From: Fidelibacterota bacterium
GTDB taxonomy: Bacteria; Fidelibacterota; Marinisomatia; Marinisomatales; UBA2128
Direction of reading: 5' to 3'
NCBI GenBank assembly: GCA_046861645.1
Contig: JBHHUM010000026.1
Coordinates: 1-27,489 of the forward strand
Length of the DNA: 27,489 nt
This document shows positions 9,888 through 21,044 of this stretch, in pieces. The first letter of the stretch is position 1, and each line of letters opens with the position of its first letter. The notes under the pieces were generated by a model, which was not told the origin of the DNA, searched no databases, and worked only from the letters and a program-made list of their open reading frames with translations. A program made the position numbers and the translations under genes.

Positions 9888-11510
9888 ATGAACCTGCAAA
9901 GTCTGGGTTTGAAATCAATAGGTGAAATTAGCCGCAATACAACTCCGGAAATCTTAATTGAGACAGCCTTGTTGAGACATGAAGGTGTGCTGGGAATGAA
10001 TGGTGCACTTATGGTGGATACAGGAAAATATACCGGTCGCTCACCTAAAGATAAATTTATTGTGAAAGAATCAACCACCGATGATAAGGTCTGGTGGAGT
10101 GATGTGAATCAACCCATATCTTCTAAGATATTTGACCTTCTCTACCAAAAAGTTATTGATTTTTACAACTTGAATGATGGTGGCTCAGGTGCTTTCGTTT
10201 TTGATGGTTATGCCGGAGCACAAGCGGATGTTTCCTTACCTATTCGAATCATTGCCAAGAAAGCATGGCAGGCTCTCTTCGTAAACAACATGTTCATCCG
10301 ACCTGAACCCGAGCAATTGAACGATTTTGAACCACAATTTACGATTATCAATGCTTCACCAGTGGTAGATGACCAATGGAGAGAACATGGTCTTCATTCA
10401 GAAACATTCATCCTCTTCAACTTGGAACAAGGGATTGCTATTATCGGAGGATCAGAATATGGTGGAGAGATGAAAAAGGGCATCTTCTCAGTAATGCACT
10501 ATTATTTACCCTTGAAGGGAATATTAACTATGCATTGTGCCGCTAATGTTGACCTGAAGGGTCAGAATCCGGCGCTCTTTTTTGGACTTTCAGGGACAGG
10601 TAAAACTACTCTTTCCACTGATCCTAACCGGTTACTTGTCGGTGATGATGAACATGGCTGGTCTGATAATGGTATTTTCAACCTTGAAGGTGGATGTTAT
10701 GCCAAAGCCATCAACCTGAACAAGGAAAATGAACCAGGCATCTGGGGTGCAATCAAACACGGAGCCCTGTTGGAAAATGTAGTCTATGATCATAATACTC
10801 GCGTGGTAGATTTTACAAATACGTCCAAGACGGAAAATACCCGTATCTGTTACCCCCTGGATCATATCAGGGAGTCACTCTATGCTCATGGAAAGCCCAG
10901 CGTCGCTGGCCATCCTGATACCATATTATTCCTTTCCTGCGATGCTTATGGAGTATTACCTCCCGTTTCTCGCCTGACCCCTGAACAGGCCATGTACCAT
11001 TTTATCAACGGTTACACCGCCAAAGTCGCTGGAACGGAGCGAGGTATTACAGAACCTCAGGCGACATTCTCACCCTGCTTTGGAGGTCCATTTCTGACAC
11101 TTAATCCGCTGGTTTACGGTGAGCTTCTCAAGGATAAAATGAGTCGTCACGGTACCAAAGTGTATCTTGTTAATACTGGATGGAGTGGAGGTTCGGCAAC
11201 GTCTGGGGCCAAACGCATGCCGCTGCCAGTAACCAGGGCTATTGTCACAGCTATCCTCGAAGGTTATATAGAGCAATCAGATTTTATCAAAGAACCAGTA
11301 TTTGGACTGGAAATTCCTAATCATTTACCCGGTGTTGATGCAACCATGCTCTTTCCCAGGAGGACATGGCAGGACCAGGATGAATATGACCGAACAGCTG
11401 AACAGTTGGTAAAGAAATTCCGTGAGAATTTTGAACAGTACAGTAATGTAGCTGGTGTTTTACAGAAAGCCGGTCCCTATGTGGAAAATGAAATAAAGGA
11501 GGTAGTATGA
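9888..11510 (+). CDS. pckA: Phosphoenolpyruvate carboxykinase (ATP)
   Basis: TGRSPKDK, YGGEMKKG, GLSGTGKTT, GDDEHGW, EGGCYAK, YLVNTGW. Confidence 0.97.
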   Translation: MNLQSLGLKSIGEISRNTTPEILIETALLRHEGVLGMNGALMVDTGKYTGRSPKDKFIVKESTTDDKVWWSDVNQPISSKIFDLLYQKVIDFYNLNDGGSGAFVFDGYAGAQADVSLPIRIIAKKAWQALFVNNMFIRPEPEQLNDFEPQFTIINASPVVDDQWREHGLHSETFILFNLEQGIAIIGGSEYGGEMKKGIFSVMHYYLPLKGILTMHCAANVDLKGQNPALFFGLSGTGKTTLSTDPNRLLVGDDEHGWSDNGIFNLEGGCYAKAINLNKENEPGIWGAIKHGALLENVVYDHNTRVVDFTNTSKTENTRICYPLDHIRESLYAHGKPSVAGHPDTILFLSCDAYGVLPPVSRLTPEQAMYHFINGYTAKVAGTERGITEPQATFSPCFGGPFLTLNPLVYGELLKDKMSRHGTKVYLVNTGWSGGSATSGAKRMPLPVTRAIVTAILEGYIEQSDFIKEPVFGLEIPNHLPGVDATMLFPRRTWQDQDEYDRTAEQLVKKFRENFEQYSNVAGVLQKAGPYVENEIKEVV

Positions 11511-11797
11511 ACATTGAAATTACTGCCCGGCATTTTACTTTACCCGATAATGTGAGAGAACACACTACCCAGAAATTGGAAAGAATTGAGCGATATATAT
11601 ACAATCCAATTGGTTGTCGTGTGATTCTGGAACATGAGAATAACACTCACTCTGTGGAGATTAAACTATCCGTATCAGGTAAAAACATTTTTGTTAAAGA
11701 TTCATCTGATAATCTTCTAAAATCTATTGATAATGCTGTGGATAAATTGGTGGCAAGAGTAAAGAAATTTCAGGAAATCCGTACCAGCCACAGTTAA
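11507..11797 (+). CDS. hpf: Ribosome hibernation promoting factor, short HPF/RaiA
   Basis: MNIEITARHF..KLERIERY..SIDNAVDKL pattern, 96 aa. Confidence 0.9.
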   Translation: MNIEITARHFTLPDNVREHTTQKLERIERYIYNPIGCRVILEHENNTHSVEIKLSVSGKNIFVKDSSDNLLKSIDNAVDKLVARVKKFQEIRTSHS

Positions 11798-11821
11798 CAG
11801 CAACTTTATACCGGATAATCA

Positions 11822-12742
11822 TTGAAAGTTATTATTCCAGTTGCGGGATTTGGTACCCGTCTTCGACCATATACTGAGAGACGTCAGAAGTGTCTTTTAC
11901 CTGTTGCAGGAAAGCCGGTTCTGGATCACATTATTGAACCGCTGATTGATCAAGGGTTTGATGAAATTATTCTCGTTACTGGCCATCTCGAAGATCAGAT
12001 AAAAAAGCATGTCGAAAAGTTTGATGCTGAATTTAAATTTGCCCGTCAGGAAAAGCAATTAGGATTGGGACATGCTGTATTTCAGGGTCTGGAACCTGAA
12101 AATGAACCAGTACTGATTCAATTAGGTGATGTCATATATGATTTGAATATGGGTGAATTTTGCAATTCACCCCAGCACCAAATTGCAGTGGATGAAGTTC
12201 CTGATCCTGAGCGGTTTGGGGTAGTGGAAATCGAGGGAGATTACATAACTCGAGTAATCGAAAAACCGAAATTTCCTACCACTAATTTGGGTATTATTGG
12301 GCTGTACTATTTGACTAACCAGAAAGCACTGTATGATGCTATCCTGCATATGATAGAGAGTGATATTAAGACTAATAATGAAATCCAACTTGCTGATGCT
12401 TTTGAGTGGATGATTGGAATGGGCGAAGTATTTAAACATACCCGGGTTCCACGATGGTATGATTGTGGCATACCTGAAACTTTTCTATCAACAAATCGGG
12501 CGCTTCTTGAACCTTCTGGTTTGCAATGGGAAGGGTCTACTATTCGTGAACCTGTCTTCATAGGAGCTAACTGTCATCTGGAGAGTTCGGTTATTGGTCC
12601 TAATGTAACCATCATGCCAGGCTCTTCGATAACCAATAGTACTTTAGAGGATACCATAGTGTTGTGGAATGCCAAGATAAAAAACGAAACACTGAAACAT
12701 TTGATCTATCCAGAAGGGGATGTAGGGGAAGTAGAGGTATAA
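11822..12742 (+). CDS. Sugar-phosphate nucleotidyltransferase (glucose-1-phosphate thymidylyltransferase-like) with a C-terminal left-handed beta-helix
   Basis: [33 protein letters not shown], hexapeptide repeats; TTG start. Confidence 0.88.
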   Translation: MKVIIPVAGFGTRLRPYTERRQKCLLPVAGKPVLDHIIEPLIDQGFDEIILVTGHLEDQIKKHVEKFDAEFKFARQEKQLGLGHAVFQGLEPENEPVLIQLGDVIYDLNMGEFCNSPQHQIAVDEVPDPERFGVVEIEGDYITRVIEKPKFPTTNLGIIGLYYLTNQKALYDAILHMIESDIKTNNEIQLADAFEWMIGMGEVFKHTRVPRWYDCGIPETFLSTNRALLEPSGLQWEGSTIREPVFIGANCHLESSVIGPNVTIMPGSSITNSTLEDTIVLWNAKIKNETLKHLIYPEGDVGEVEV

Positions 12743-12818
12743 ATCTGTTGGTTTTCCGAGGGGAAGTAGATTAACTTCATTTTCACGCCAGTTTAACATA
12801 ATTAAGTTTGGAAAAGAA

Positions 12819-14024
12819 ATGAGTTCACGAATATTTACGTCTGAATCAGTAACTGAGGGACATCCTGACAAAATTTGCGATCAGATCTCTGATGCTATTC
12901 TTGATGACCTTCTTTGTCGCGATACCGAAGCCAGGGTTGCTTGTGAGGTTCTGACTACTACGGGACTGGTCCTTGTTGCGGGAGAAATTACCACTGCATG
13001 TTATTCTGATATTCCCTCGGTAGTTCGAAAAACTCTCAAAGAGATTGGTTATACAAACCCAGAGTTTGGTTTGGATTATCAGGATTGCTCTGTACTGATT
13101 TCAGTCCATGAGCAGAGCGCAAATATTTCCGTTGGTGTAACAGAGACAGAAGATCGAGAGCAGGGTGCAGGCGATCAGGGTCTTATGTTTGGATATGCCT
13201 GTAATGAAACTGGTGTGTTGATGCCGTTGCCCATTACTTTGGCTCATCGATTGGCTAAGCGTCTTGCTCAAGTTCGCAAAGAGGGTATCCTTCCGTGGGT
13301 ACGTCCAGATGGTAAGTCGCAAGTTTCTGTTCTTTACGAGGATGAAAAACCGGTACGAGTTGAAAAGGTCGTCATCGCTGTGCAACATGATGCTGGAATG
13401 GAGAATAAGACCATTCATGATGAGATTAAAAAGGAAGTGATCTTGCCAGTTTGTGATCGTTGGGTACAGGAGGATACTGTTTTCTTGATAAATTCAACCG
13501 GCATTTTTGAGAAGGGTGGTCCTGAAGCCGATACTGGACTCACCGGCCGGAAAATTATTGTTGATACGTATGGGGGTACGGGTCGTCATGGTGGTGGATG
13601 TTTTTCCGGTAAGGATCCTAGCAAGGTGGATAGATCAGCATCTTATATGGCCCGTTATATCGCAAAAAATCTAGTTGCTGCAGGATTGACCAAGAGATGT
13701 GAGATTCAGCTTGCCTATTCCATTGGTGAATCTAATCCCGTATCATTGAATGTTAATTCATTTGGTACAGGGTTACTACCTGATGAAACACTGGAGAAGA
13801 TAGTTCAGGATCATTTTCCACTTAAACCCAGGGAGATTATTGATTGTTTAAACCTGAAGAATCCAATTTATAAGCCGACGGCATCCTACGGACATTTCGG
13901 TCATGAACCAGAAGTTGTTCGTGTAGAGTGGCAAGAAAATGGAGAGACTTTTTCGTCGGAGCATACCCTTTTTACCTGGGAAAGTACAGATAAGGCTGAT
14001 TTATTGAGACGAGCATTGAAATAG
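12819..14024 (+). CDS. metK: S-adenosylmethionine synthetase
   Basis: [43 protein letters not shown]. Confidence 0.98.
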   Translation: MSSRIFTSESVTEGHPDKICDQISDAILDDLLCRDTEARVACEVLTTTGLVLVAGEITTACYSDIPSVVRKTLKEIGYTNPEFGLDYQDCSVLISVHEQSANISVGVTETEDREQGAGDQGLMFGYACNETGVLMPLPITLAHRLAKRLAQVRKEGILPWVRPDGKSQVSVLYEDEKPVRVEKVVIAVQHDAGMENKTIHDEIKKEVILPVCDRWVQEDTVFLINSTGIFEKGGPEADTGLTGRKIIVDTYGGTGRHGGGCFSGKDPSKVDRSASYMARYIAKNLVAAGLTKRCEIQLAYSIGESNPVSLNVNSFGTGLLPDETLEKIVQDHFPLKPREIIDCLNLKNPIYKPTASYGHFGHEPEVVRVEWQENGETFSSEHTLFTWESTDKADLLRRALK

Positions 14025-14035
14025 GGGAGGTAAGA

Positions 14036-15292
14036 GTGGCCGACTATCACATAGCGGATATTAATTTAGCTTCGGAGGGTAAGGGGAGAATATTATGGGC
14101 TGATCAAAATATGCCAGTTCTTGCCTCTATTCGGGAAAGGTTCACTGATGATTTACCCCTGAAAAATGTCCGTCTCTCCGCCTGTCTTCACGTCACTGCT
14201 GAAACAGCTAACCTGATGAGAACTCTTCAGTCGGGTGGAGCAGATGTCCTCCTATGTGCTTCAAATCCTCTCTCGACTCAAGATGATGTGGCTGCTTCTC
14301 TAGTGGAAGATTTTGGAATAAGGACTTTTGCGATCAATGGAGAAAACAGGGATTCCTATTACGAGCATATAAAGGCTGCTTTAAATCACAAACCACAAAT
14401 TACATTAGACGATGGTGCTGATCTGGTTAGTACCTTACATTCGGACTACTCTGATGATGTATCTCGGGTGCGTTGTAGTATGGAGGAGACGACTACTGGC
14501 GTCATACGGTTGCAAGCTATGGCTGAAGCCGGAGCTCTAAAGATCCCTGTCGTGGCAGTTAATGACGCTGATTCCAAGCATCTATTTGATAATCAATATG
14601 GAACGGGTCAATCCACTATCGATGGTATTATTCGTGCAACAGATGTCCTGTTAGCCGGAAAGACATTTGTTGTGGGGGGTTATGGCATGTGTGGACGTGG
14701 TCTTGCTAACAGGGCCAGAGGAATGGGTGCCCATGTGGTAGTTACAGAAATTGAACCTCTGAGAGCTCTTCAAGCCGCTATGGATGGTTTTAAAGTTATG
14801 ACGATGGATGAAGCAGCATCCATCGGTGATATTTTTTGTACTGTCACAGGTAATACTTCAGTTTTATCCGTTCATCATTTCGAAAAAATGAGAGACGGTG
14901 CCCTGATCGCAAATTCAGGCCACTTCAATGTGGAAATTAATATTGAGGGGTTGGAAATGCTTGCCACTAAAATCAACCGTAATGTTCATAAGTTTGTAGA
15001 TGAATACCGGTTGGCTGATGGGCGGCGAATCTACCTTTTGGGCGAAGGAAGGCTCATTAACTTGGTAGCTGCAGAAGGGCATCCTGCCGATGTGATGGAT
15101 ATGAGCTTTGCCTTACAATCGCTTATGGCTGAATATAGTGTACAAAATGCTCTGTCACCCTTAGTTCATTCAGTACCTCGGGAAATTGATCAACTTGTTG
15201 CCAGTCTTAAATTGAAGACAATGGGGATCGAAATTGATGTGTTAACTGATGAACAAGAGACCTATCTGAATTCGTGGGAAGAGGGAACTTAA
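14036..15292 (+). CDS. ahcY: Adenosylhomocysteinase, short form
   Basis: [53 protein letters not shown] start after a GGAGG ribosome-binding site. Confidence 0.97.
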   Translation: MADYHIADINLASEGKGRILWADQNMPVLASIRERFTDDLPLKNVRLSACLHVTAETANLMRTLQSGGADVLLCASNPLSTQDDVAASLVEDFGIRTFAINGENRDSYYEHIKAALNHKPQITLDDGADLVSTLHSDYSDDVSRVRCSMEETTTGVIRLQAMAEAGALKIPVVAVNDADSKHLFDNQYGTGQSTIDGIIRATDVLLAGKTFVVGGYGMCGRGLANRARGMGAHVVVTEIEPLRALQAAMDGFKVMTMDEAASIGDIFCTVTGNTSVLSVHHFEKMRDGALIANSGHFNVEINIEGLEMLATKINRNVHKFVDEYRLADGRRIYLLGEGRLINLVAAEGHPADVMDMSFALQSLMAEYSVQNALSPLVHSVPREIDQLVASLKLKTMGIEIDVLTDEQETYLNSWEEGT

Positions 15293-15310
15293 AACAATCC
15301 TGAATAAACC

Positions 15311-18262
15311 ATGAAGCGGAGAGTCACTTTTCTCACCCTTCTTCTCCTCTGGCTTAACTCCAGTTGTGATTTTCAAGATCCTTCAGAGTTTGAAATACCA
15401 ACCTGGAATGTTACCCTTACCATTCCGTTATTACATGAATGGTATCCCTTAGCCGATATTGTCGATGATTCTGTAATTCTCTCCAGTGGAGATAGTATTT
15501 ACATTGAATTCAACGGTGAGCTACCCAAGGATTCCATCAATGCTGATTATCTAAAGATTCCGCTGGAAATGAATGTCGGTTTCGCTGATACTACGACTGG
15601 TCCCTCAGCCAGCGATATTTTCAATGGTTACACCTTTACATTGAGTGATACGATACCTATCGGAGAAACGATGGAATCCATGGGAATCATCAATTGGGCG
15701 GCGGTTCCGCCGGATACGGTGCAGTTTCCTTCTGACACTTTGCAGAAAATTGATGGACAGTCTTGGAATTTAGTAGCGGAAATCATTGAACAGACTTTAG
15801 GTCAGACTGAGATTGATACTCCCCTCTTTAATTCTGAGGAGTTATTTGCCGATATACCTTTCATCTCCGAAATCATAGGTATCTTTATAGGAGGGGACAC
15901 TGGGGATAATTATTTTCAATCCAACTATAAAAATATCGATTTACCAGTAAATATCGATAGCACTTGGGCTCTTCTGATTTCTGGTGTGGATACGTTAGCA
16001 GATCACGAGTCGGATTCTTTGTCTGGGGCTGAAGAGACTGATTCCACGACATCTCTGGTAGATCAATCCTTATCGGAAGTTATTGGTTTCAGTTTTGGTT
16101 TCAAATTGCAGCGAGTGGCCAATGATGACACACTAACTATTCCTGCAGGAGATGAACTGAATATGCTCATGGGCATTAGTATGGGAATCAAGGATTTGGA
16201 TCATGCCGATGTGGTGGTGACAGAAGCGTCATTGATGGATCCCAATGATATGGATCCTATTTCTTTCGATCAGGCCAGCGTGGAAGCAGAAGACTGTGCC
16301 GTTACAGGTGTTTATGGAGGCGATTTCGCACAAGGGACAACCAATTTACCAAAGGTGAATATTATTGGTGTTTCGGATGTTTATACTACTTTTCCTTTTG
16401 GGATTAACTTCGGGATTGAATTCGAGAATTTTGTTGGTCCCGGTGATAGTTCTTTGTCATTTCAGCACAAACTGGACGAAACGCCATGGGATGACGAACA
16501 GAAATTGGACGGATGGTCGTTTATCAATCCCGATGATCCTGATCCCCAGAATCCATCCGTCCCCCTGGATTCCTTGATCATAATTCCCACAGTGACCACA
16601 GAACCGGGCACAGTAAGTGTAGCTCTGGATGGTTCTGACTGGATTTTCTCCCTTGGAGTAGATGTTTATCCTCTGGAATTCGCCAGTTTAAAGGCTGATC
16701 TCGATTGTGAGTTTCCTCCCCAAACCCAAGAGATAGAGAATATTCCCCAGGGATTTACAGGCATGTCCTTTGGTGAAGTTATTCTGGAGTTCACCATGTA
16801 CAACCAGATCAGATTGCCCTTGAGCCTTAATCTGGACCTGGTAGGCATTGGCAATACCGGTGATTCGGTGGAAGTTGTAGTGGATGCCAATTTAGGAATA
16901 CCAGCGGTAGTTGGAGATACATCTAAAACAGTTCTTCAACTTAGCAGTATCGGTACGGTAGTTAGAATATTTGATAGTGTCAGTGATTCATTGCCTTCCT
17001 CTGCCGATACCATATCTGCCGCTGGAGGAGAGACCAAAACCATTGTTGATCTGATGACGTTAAATCCCAGTCAAATGATCGTGGATGCTACTGCCAGTGT
17101 TCAGGGTATGGGTTCACTGGATCAGAACGCCTCCTTTTGGGGAGAGTATCAGCTGGTAGCTCCCTTCAGTGTAATCATGGATACGATTACCTTTGTTCCA
17201 GTGATATCAACTCCAGTGACGGAGATGGATCATGAGACACGGAATCAATTCCGCAGTTCGATCAAGGGAGCTGCCATGACGACGCGGATAATTAATGGTC
17301 TCCCGGTAAGTGGAGAGATGTCTATTATATTCTCTGATCGAGATCTTTTCCCTGTAGATCGCAAAGCAGTAACTTTGCGAGAGATTGCTGACAGTTTGCA
17401 GTGGTCCGACTCACTCTATATTGTCACTTCATGTTCCACTCTCAAGCCTTCTAATGATGATATGTTTATTTTTAACGTGATGAATGATACCAGTGACTGT
17501 ATTGATGGGGTTGCCTATCTGGTTCGTGGCGTACCTGATGCCCGGGATACTGTTTATTCATTTGTGGATACACTTCTAAAAATGGTGTTGCCCACTCCAG
17601 ATGAATTTTACTCAGTGGGAGATACAAGCGGATCACCAGGCATGGTTAAAACTCCGGGAGATACCATCGTGGTTAGTGAAATAGACTCCAATAGAATTAC
17701 AATGTTGTCCTCGCTAGGGGATCATTACATTAATAATAGAACACAGTTTTATGGTACTGAGGGAAAAGCAGTATTTTTCTCGACACGTGATACGTTGGAA
17801 GTTCTGGCGTATATCTCATTTACATTACAAAGTTCTGGCATCGTGGAAGAAGCTCAGGACGAACTGATCATTACCTATCCCAATGGTAACGAAACTTTGC
17901 TTCAAGACAGTACCATTGTAATCAGATGGCGCTCCCTCGGGAATAAAGTCGGTAGTCAAAATGTGGAATTGTTTATTTCTCACCTGGAAGTACCGGATAT
18001 TACCCAAGATGAAGATTGGGAATCCCTCAGTGGAGGAGCCATTAGTAATGTAGATTCCATGATTTGGACCCCAGGACTTGAGGATGTGGATGACATCGTC
18101 TGGCTTAAGATATGTAACGAAGATGGAACCATATGTGATCAGACTGGCTGGCACTTTGAGATTGCTTCCACCGGCAATAGACATTTGATTGTCAGTAAAC
18201 CTAAAGGGCTCTCTGAAATAAAATCGGAATCAGGAAAAAATCCTTTGGTCAAGAATAGATGA
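15311..18262 (+). CDS. Large acidic predicted lipoprotein of unknown function with a C-terminal Ig-like (PNG.E) domain
   Basis: MKRR, hydrophobic stretch and NSSC lipobox-like Cys; D/E-rich and beta-rich; ends with IITYPNGNETL..IVIRW..WTP. Confidence 0.75.
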   Translation: MKRRVTFLTLLLLWLNSSCDFQDPSEFEIPTWNVTLTIPLLHEWYPLADIVDDSVILSSGDSIYIEFNGELPKDSINADYLKIPLEMNVGFADTTTGPSASDIFNGYTFTLSDTIPIGETMESMGIINWAAVPPDTVQFPSDTLQKIDGQSWNLVAEIIEQTLGQTEIDTPLFNSEELFADIPFISEIIGIFIGGDTGDNYFQSNYKNIDLPVNIDSTWALLISGVDTLADHESDSLSGAEETDSTTSLVDQSLSEVIGFSFGFKLQRVANDDTLTIPAGDELNMLMGISMGIKDLDHADVVVTEASLMDPNDMDPISFDQASVEAEDCAVTGVYGGDFAQGTTNLPKVNIIGVSDVYTTFPFGINFGIEFENFVGPGDSSLSFQHKLDETPWDDEQKLDGWSFINPDDPDPQNPSVPLDSLIIIPTVTTEPGTVSVALDGSDWIFSLGVDVYPLEFASLKADLDCEFPPQTQEIENIPQGFTGMSFGEVILEFTMYNQIRLPLSLNLDLVGIGNTGDSVEVVVDANLGIPAVVGDTSKTVLQLSSIGTVVRIFDSVSDSLPSSADTISAAGGETKTIVDLMTLNPSQMIVDATASVQGMGSLDQNASFWGEYQLVAPFSVIMDTITFVPVISTPVTEMDHETRNQFRSSIKGAAMTTRIINGLPVSGEMSIIFSDRDLFPVDRKAVTLREIADSLQWSDSLYIVTSCSTLKPSNDDMFIFNVMNDTSDCIDGVAYLVRGVPDARDTVYSFVDTLLKMVLPTPDEFYSVGDTSGSPGMVKTPGDTIVVSEIDSNRITMLSSLGDHYINNRTQFYGTEGKAVFFSTRDTLEVLAYISFTLQSSGIVEEAQDELIITYPNGNETLLQDSTIVIRWRSLGNKVGSQNVELFISHLEVPDITQDEDWESLSGGAISNVDSMIWTPGLEDVDDIVWLKICNEDGTICDQTGWHFEIASTGNRHLIVSKPKGLSEIKSESGKNPLVKNR

Positions 18263-19683
18263 GAGCTGGTAATATCATACCAACAGTCATTTTGCTGTTA
18301 ACTATTTCAATGCTTCTTGGTCAAGCCAAGCGTGATCCTCGAATGGTGTCTATGGGGGGAGCATATACTACCCTGGCAGATGGCATCTATGCCGTGGGAG
18401 TAAACCCGGCCAATCTTGCCTTCCAACACGGCAAACCGTTTATGTTGCAATTGGGTACTCTTAACTTTGGATTTGTTAACAATTATTTTTCCCTGGAAAA
18501 TTATACCAGTCTAAGTGGCGCCAATCTCGAGGTGAATAACCAAGAAAAGAAAAAAGAAATCTATGATGAAATAGGAGATGAGCTGCGCTTTACAACAGAT
18601 GTTCACATGAGTTTACCTGCTCTTAACTATTCCTCAGGGAATATGGCTTTTACTAGTGATCTAATTGTAATTGGAGATATTGGAGTTCCTGTAGACATTT
18701 TTCACCTGTTGTTGGATGGGAACCCTATTGACAGACCTCTTGATTTAACTTTGCATTATGAATTGATGGGACTGGCGGAATATGGCTTTTCCTTTGCTGT
18801 GCCTTATGAAAAGTTTTCCTGGGGTATAACGCTGAAATATCTTCAAGGTTTATTTTATCTGGGGATTGATCCCGATTCAAGTTTCACTAACATTTACACT
18901 GATACTCTAAATGTGGCCTTCTTTGGCAATGGCCGTTACTATATACAACAGGGTATTGGCGGTAATGGTTACGGAGTGGATTTAGGATTTACTACATACG
19001 ATTTTAATGGCTGGAAAGTAGGTCTTTCCCTCATCAATGCACTGGGTACGATTTATTGGAATCGTCCCTCGAGCATAAAAGATATATTAGGAGTTAGTGA
19101 AAATAAGGGACTTTTCCAATGGGGAGGTCAGGATGTAGGTGACGGACAGGCCATGGTGTATGATTTTACCATAGATAGTGTCAATGGTCTCGGATTAATG
19201 GAAAATTCTTTGGAAGATAATTTCAGTTCTTCCAAGTCTGTAGTAGCAGATACGATTTCTGGTGGTGAACCACGGCCATTTTCCATCCGGTATCCATCCC
19301 TCTTCCGGTTTGGGATTCAGAAACAGGTAGATCCTGACTTTTTAGTAGTAAGTGATCTGGTGGCTGGTTTTCAGGATCGGCTTTTTGTCCAACGTAAGTG
19401 GAAGTGGTCCCTCGGTATCAAGTTCACCCGATTCCCTGGTTTTCCCCTTCGACTGGGCTACAGTTGGGGTGGTAAGGACTTTAAACAACTGGGTCTAGGT
19501 ATGGGAATCCATAAAGGTCCCATCATGTTCGACTTTGCTATCGCTTTTCGCAATGGCATCTGGTTACATAGTATGAAAGGTATGGCGCTTTCATTTGGGG
19601 TCAGTTTTACTGGTTTGAAAGGACGTGATGGCACCACTGAGGAACCACTTGGGGGCCAACTATTTCCTGACGAAGAAGAGTAA
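18259..19683 (+). CDS. Outer-membrane beta-barrel, DUF5723 / FadL-PorV-like
   Basis: Signal peptide, DPRMVSMGGAY..GVNPANL plug motif, GYGVDLG, PLRLGYSWGG amphipathic strands; 4-bp overlap with the upstream lipoprotein gene. Confidence 0.75.
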   Translation: MRAGNIIPTVILLLTISMLLGQAKRDPRMVSMGGAYTTLADGIYAVGVNPANLAFQHGKPFMLQLGTLNFGFVNNYFSLENYTSLSGANLEVNNQEKKKEIYDEIGDELRFTTDVHMSLPALNYSSGNMAFTSDLIVIGDIGVPVDIFHLLLDGNPIDRPLDLTLHYELMGLAEYGFSFAVPYEKFSWGITLKYLQGLFYLGIDPDSSFTNIYTDTLNVAFFGNGRYYIQQGIGGNGYGVDLGFTTYDFNGWKVGLSLINALGTIYWNRPSSIKDILGVSENKGLFQWGGQDVGDGQAMVYDFTIDSVNGLGLMENSLEDNFSSSKSVVADTISGGEPRPFSIRYPSLFRFGIQKQVDPDFLVVSDLVAGFQDRLFVQRKWKWSLGIKFTRFPGFPLRLGYSWGGKDFKQLGLGMGIHKGPIMFDFAIAFRNGIWLHSMKGMALSFGVSFTGLKGRDGTTEEPLGGQLFPDEEE

Positions 19684-20754
19684 TAACACTCCCCCAATAG
19701 CAAAAACAATATTACCCAACCAGGCGGAAAGTACTGGATCCATTATGCCGTTATATCCCAATGTCTGTCCGAACCGGATGAAAGCATAATACCCAAATAT
19801 TACAAATATGCTCATTCCGGCACCGAAGGCGAGTCCACCCTGGGGTCGAGATGCTACCATAGGAATAGCAAAGAGGACAATGATCAGATTAGAGAAGGCA
19901 AATGATATTTTACCATGGAGATTGACTTCCCAACGCCGATTATCCACCCCACTTTCAGCTAATTCATTAACAAAGTGCTGTAATTCGTTAAAGCTCATTT
20001 CTTCTGGCGAAATGGCTTCCCGGCTGATCTCTGCCGGTTCGAATCCTATTGTCAGAGTTGTATCTTCCTTGGAATAAGAGACCTGGGTTTCACCACCATA
20101 AGTATCAAAAGAACGAATGGAATAATCAAATATTTTCCATGAGTTGTTCTCATCTTGCCAATACATGCGGTTAGCATCGATACGTTTTACTAATTTTCCT
20201 TTATCAAGAAATTGCATAGTAACTCCGTAAGCTCTTTGACGGCTCGATTGATAGCGTTCAATGCCTATTACGAACTGATCAGATTTCTGTAAGAAAATGT
20301 TATTTCGTCGCTCTCGATAATGCTTGTTCCTGGTTTTCCCCAGATATTCTTTTTCAATAAAACGGCGGGTCTGGTTTCCTGTTGTGACCAGTGTATCTTC
20401 CCAGTAGAATGATCCGGCACTTATCAGCGTTGCGCAGAGTAGCAGGGGAGCAGCAATTCTGTAAAGTGAAATACCACTGGATTTCATTGCTGCCAACTCA
20501 TTTCGTTTGGAGAGGATACCTACTGTGAAAATGGTAGCGATTAGTACCGCCATGGGAAGACCGATATTAATAAACCACGGTAAGGAATGAAGATAGTAAC
20601 GAAAAACAATATCCCTTGGAACAGAGGAGTCTATGAAACGATCGATGTTCTCTACTAGATCCACAACCAGAAAAATTCCTATAAAAGCGATTAAGGCAAA
20701 CCCCAGGGTTTGAGTAAACCTCCAGATCAGATAGGCATCTATACGTTTCAACAT
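19660..20754 (-). CDS. lptG: LPS export permease LptG (LptF/G family)
   Basis: IDAYL, LPMAVLIAT, NELAAMKSSGISLYRI, periplasmic jellyroll, PEEMS, SAWLGN. Confidence 0.9.
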   Translation of the reverse strand: MLKRIDAYLIWRFTQTLGFALIAFIGIFLVVDLVENIDRFIDSSVPRDIVFRYYLHSLPWFINIGLPMAVLIATIFTVGILSKRNELAAMKSSGISLYRIAAPLLLCATLISAGSFYWEDTLVTTGNQTRRFIEKEYLGKTRNKHYRERRNNIFLQKSDQFVIGIERYQSSRQRAYGVTMQFLDKGKLVKRIDANRMYWQDENNSWKIFDYSIRSFDTYGGETQVSYSKEDTTLTIGFEPAEISREAISPEEMSFNELQHFVNELAESGVDNRRWEVNLHGKISFAFSNLIIVLFAIPMVASRPQGGLAFGAGMSIFVIFGYYAFIRFGQTLGYNGIMDPVLSAWLGNIVFAIGGVLLLFFVRK

Positions 20755-21044
20755 GTTCAGATTTCTATAGTGCTGCTACAAGGGTATTCCCTGTAAACCT
20801 CCCGGAATTTACATTAGTTATGTAGTCTCTACACAAAAGTAATCCCTAAATTTTAGTTTGAACCCGTCGAAAGACTTACCCTAAAAAATGCTTCCAACTC
20901 TGTCATGTAGTGAGCTATATTAAAATCGCCTGATCATTGTACTACAGACATCCCGTCTGGGGTTTAGGTACTCTGCAGCGTTTTCATAGTCACTATTTTC
21001 ACCATCGTTGAATTGGGAGCAGGAGGAATCTACACAGCTTACGG

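Noticed and set aside
12743..12818. SAM or SAH riboswitch before metK-ahcY
   Set aside because: The gap is only 76 nt. CCGAGGGG resembles an SAH riboswitch start but the following conserved elements are absent, and no SAM-I or SAM-II core is visible.
20755..21044. Glycine riboswitch before the AgcS gene, and repeated TRTAG..CTAYA palindromes (20766, 20821, 20906) as operators
   Set aside because: No GGAGA/CCGAAG/CTCTCAGG motifs. The palindrome spacers differ (5, 3 and 4 nt), unlike a single regulator's site.
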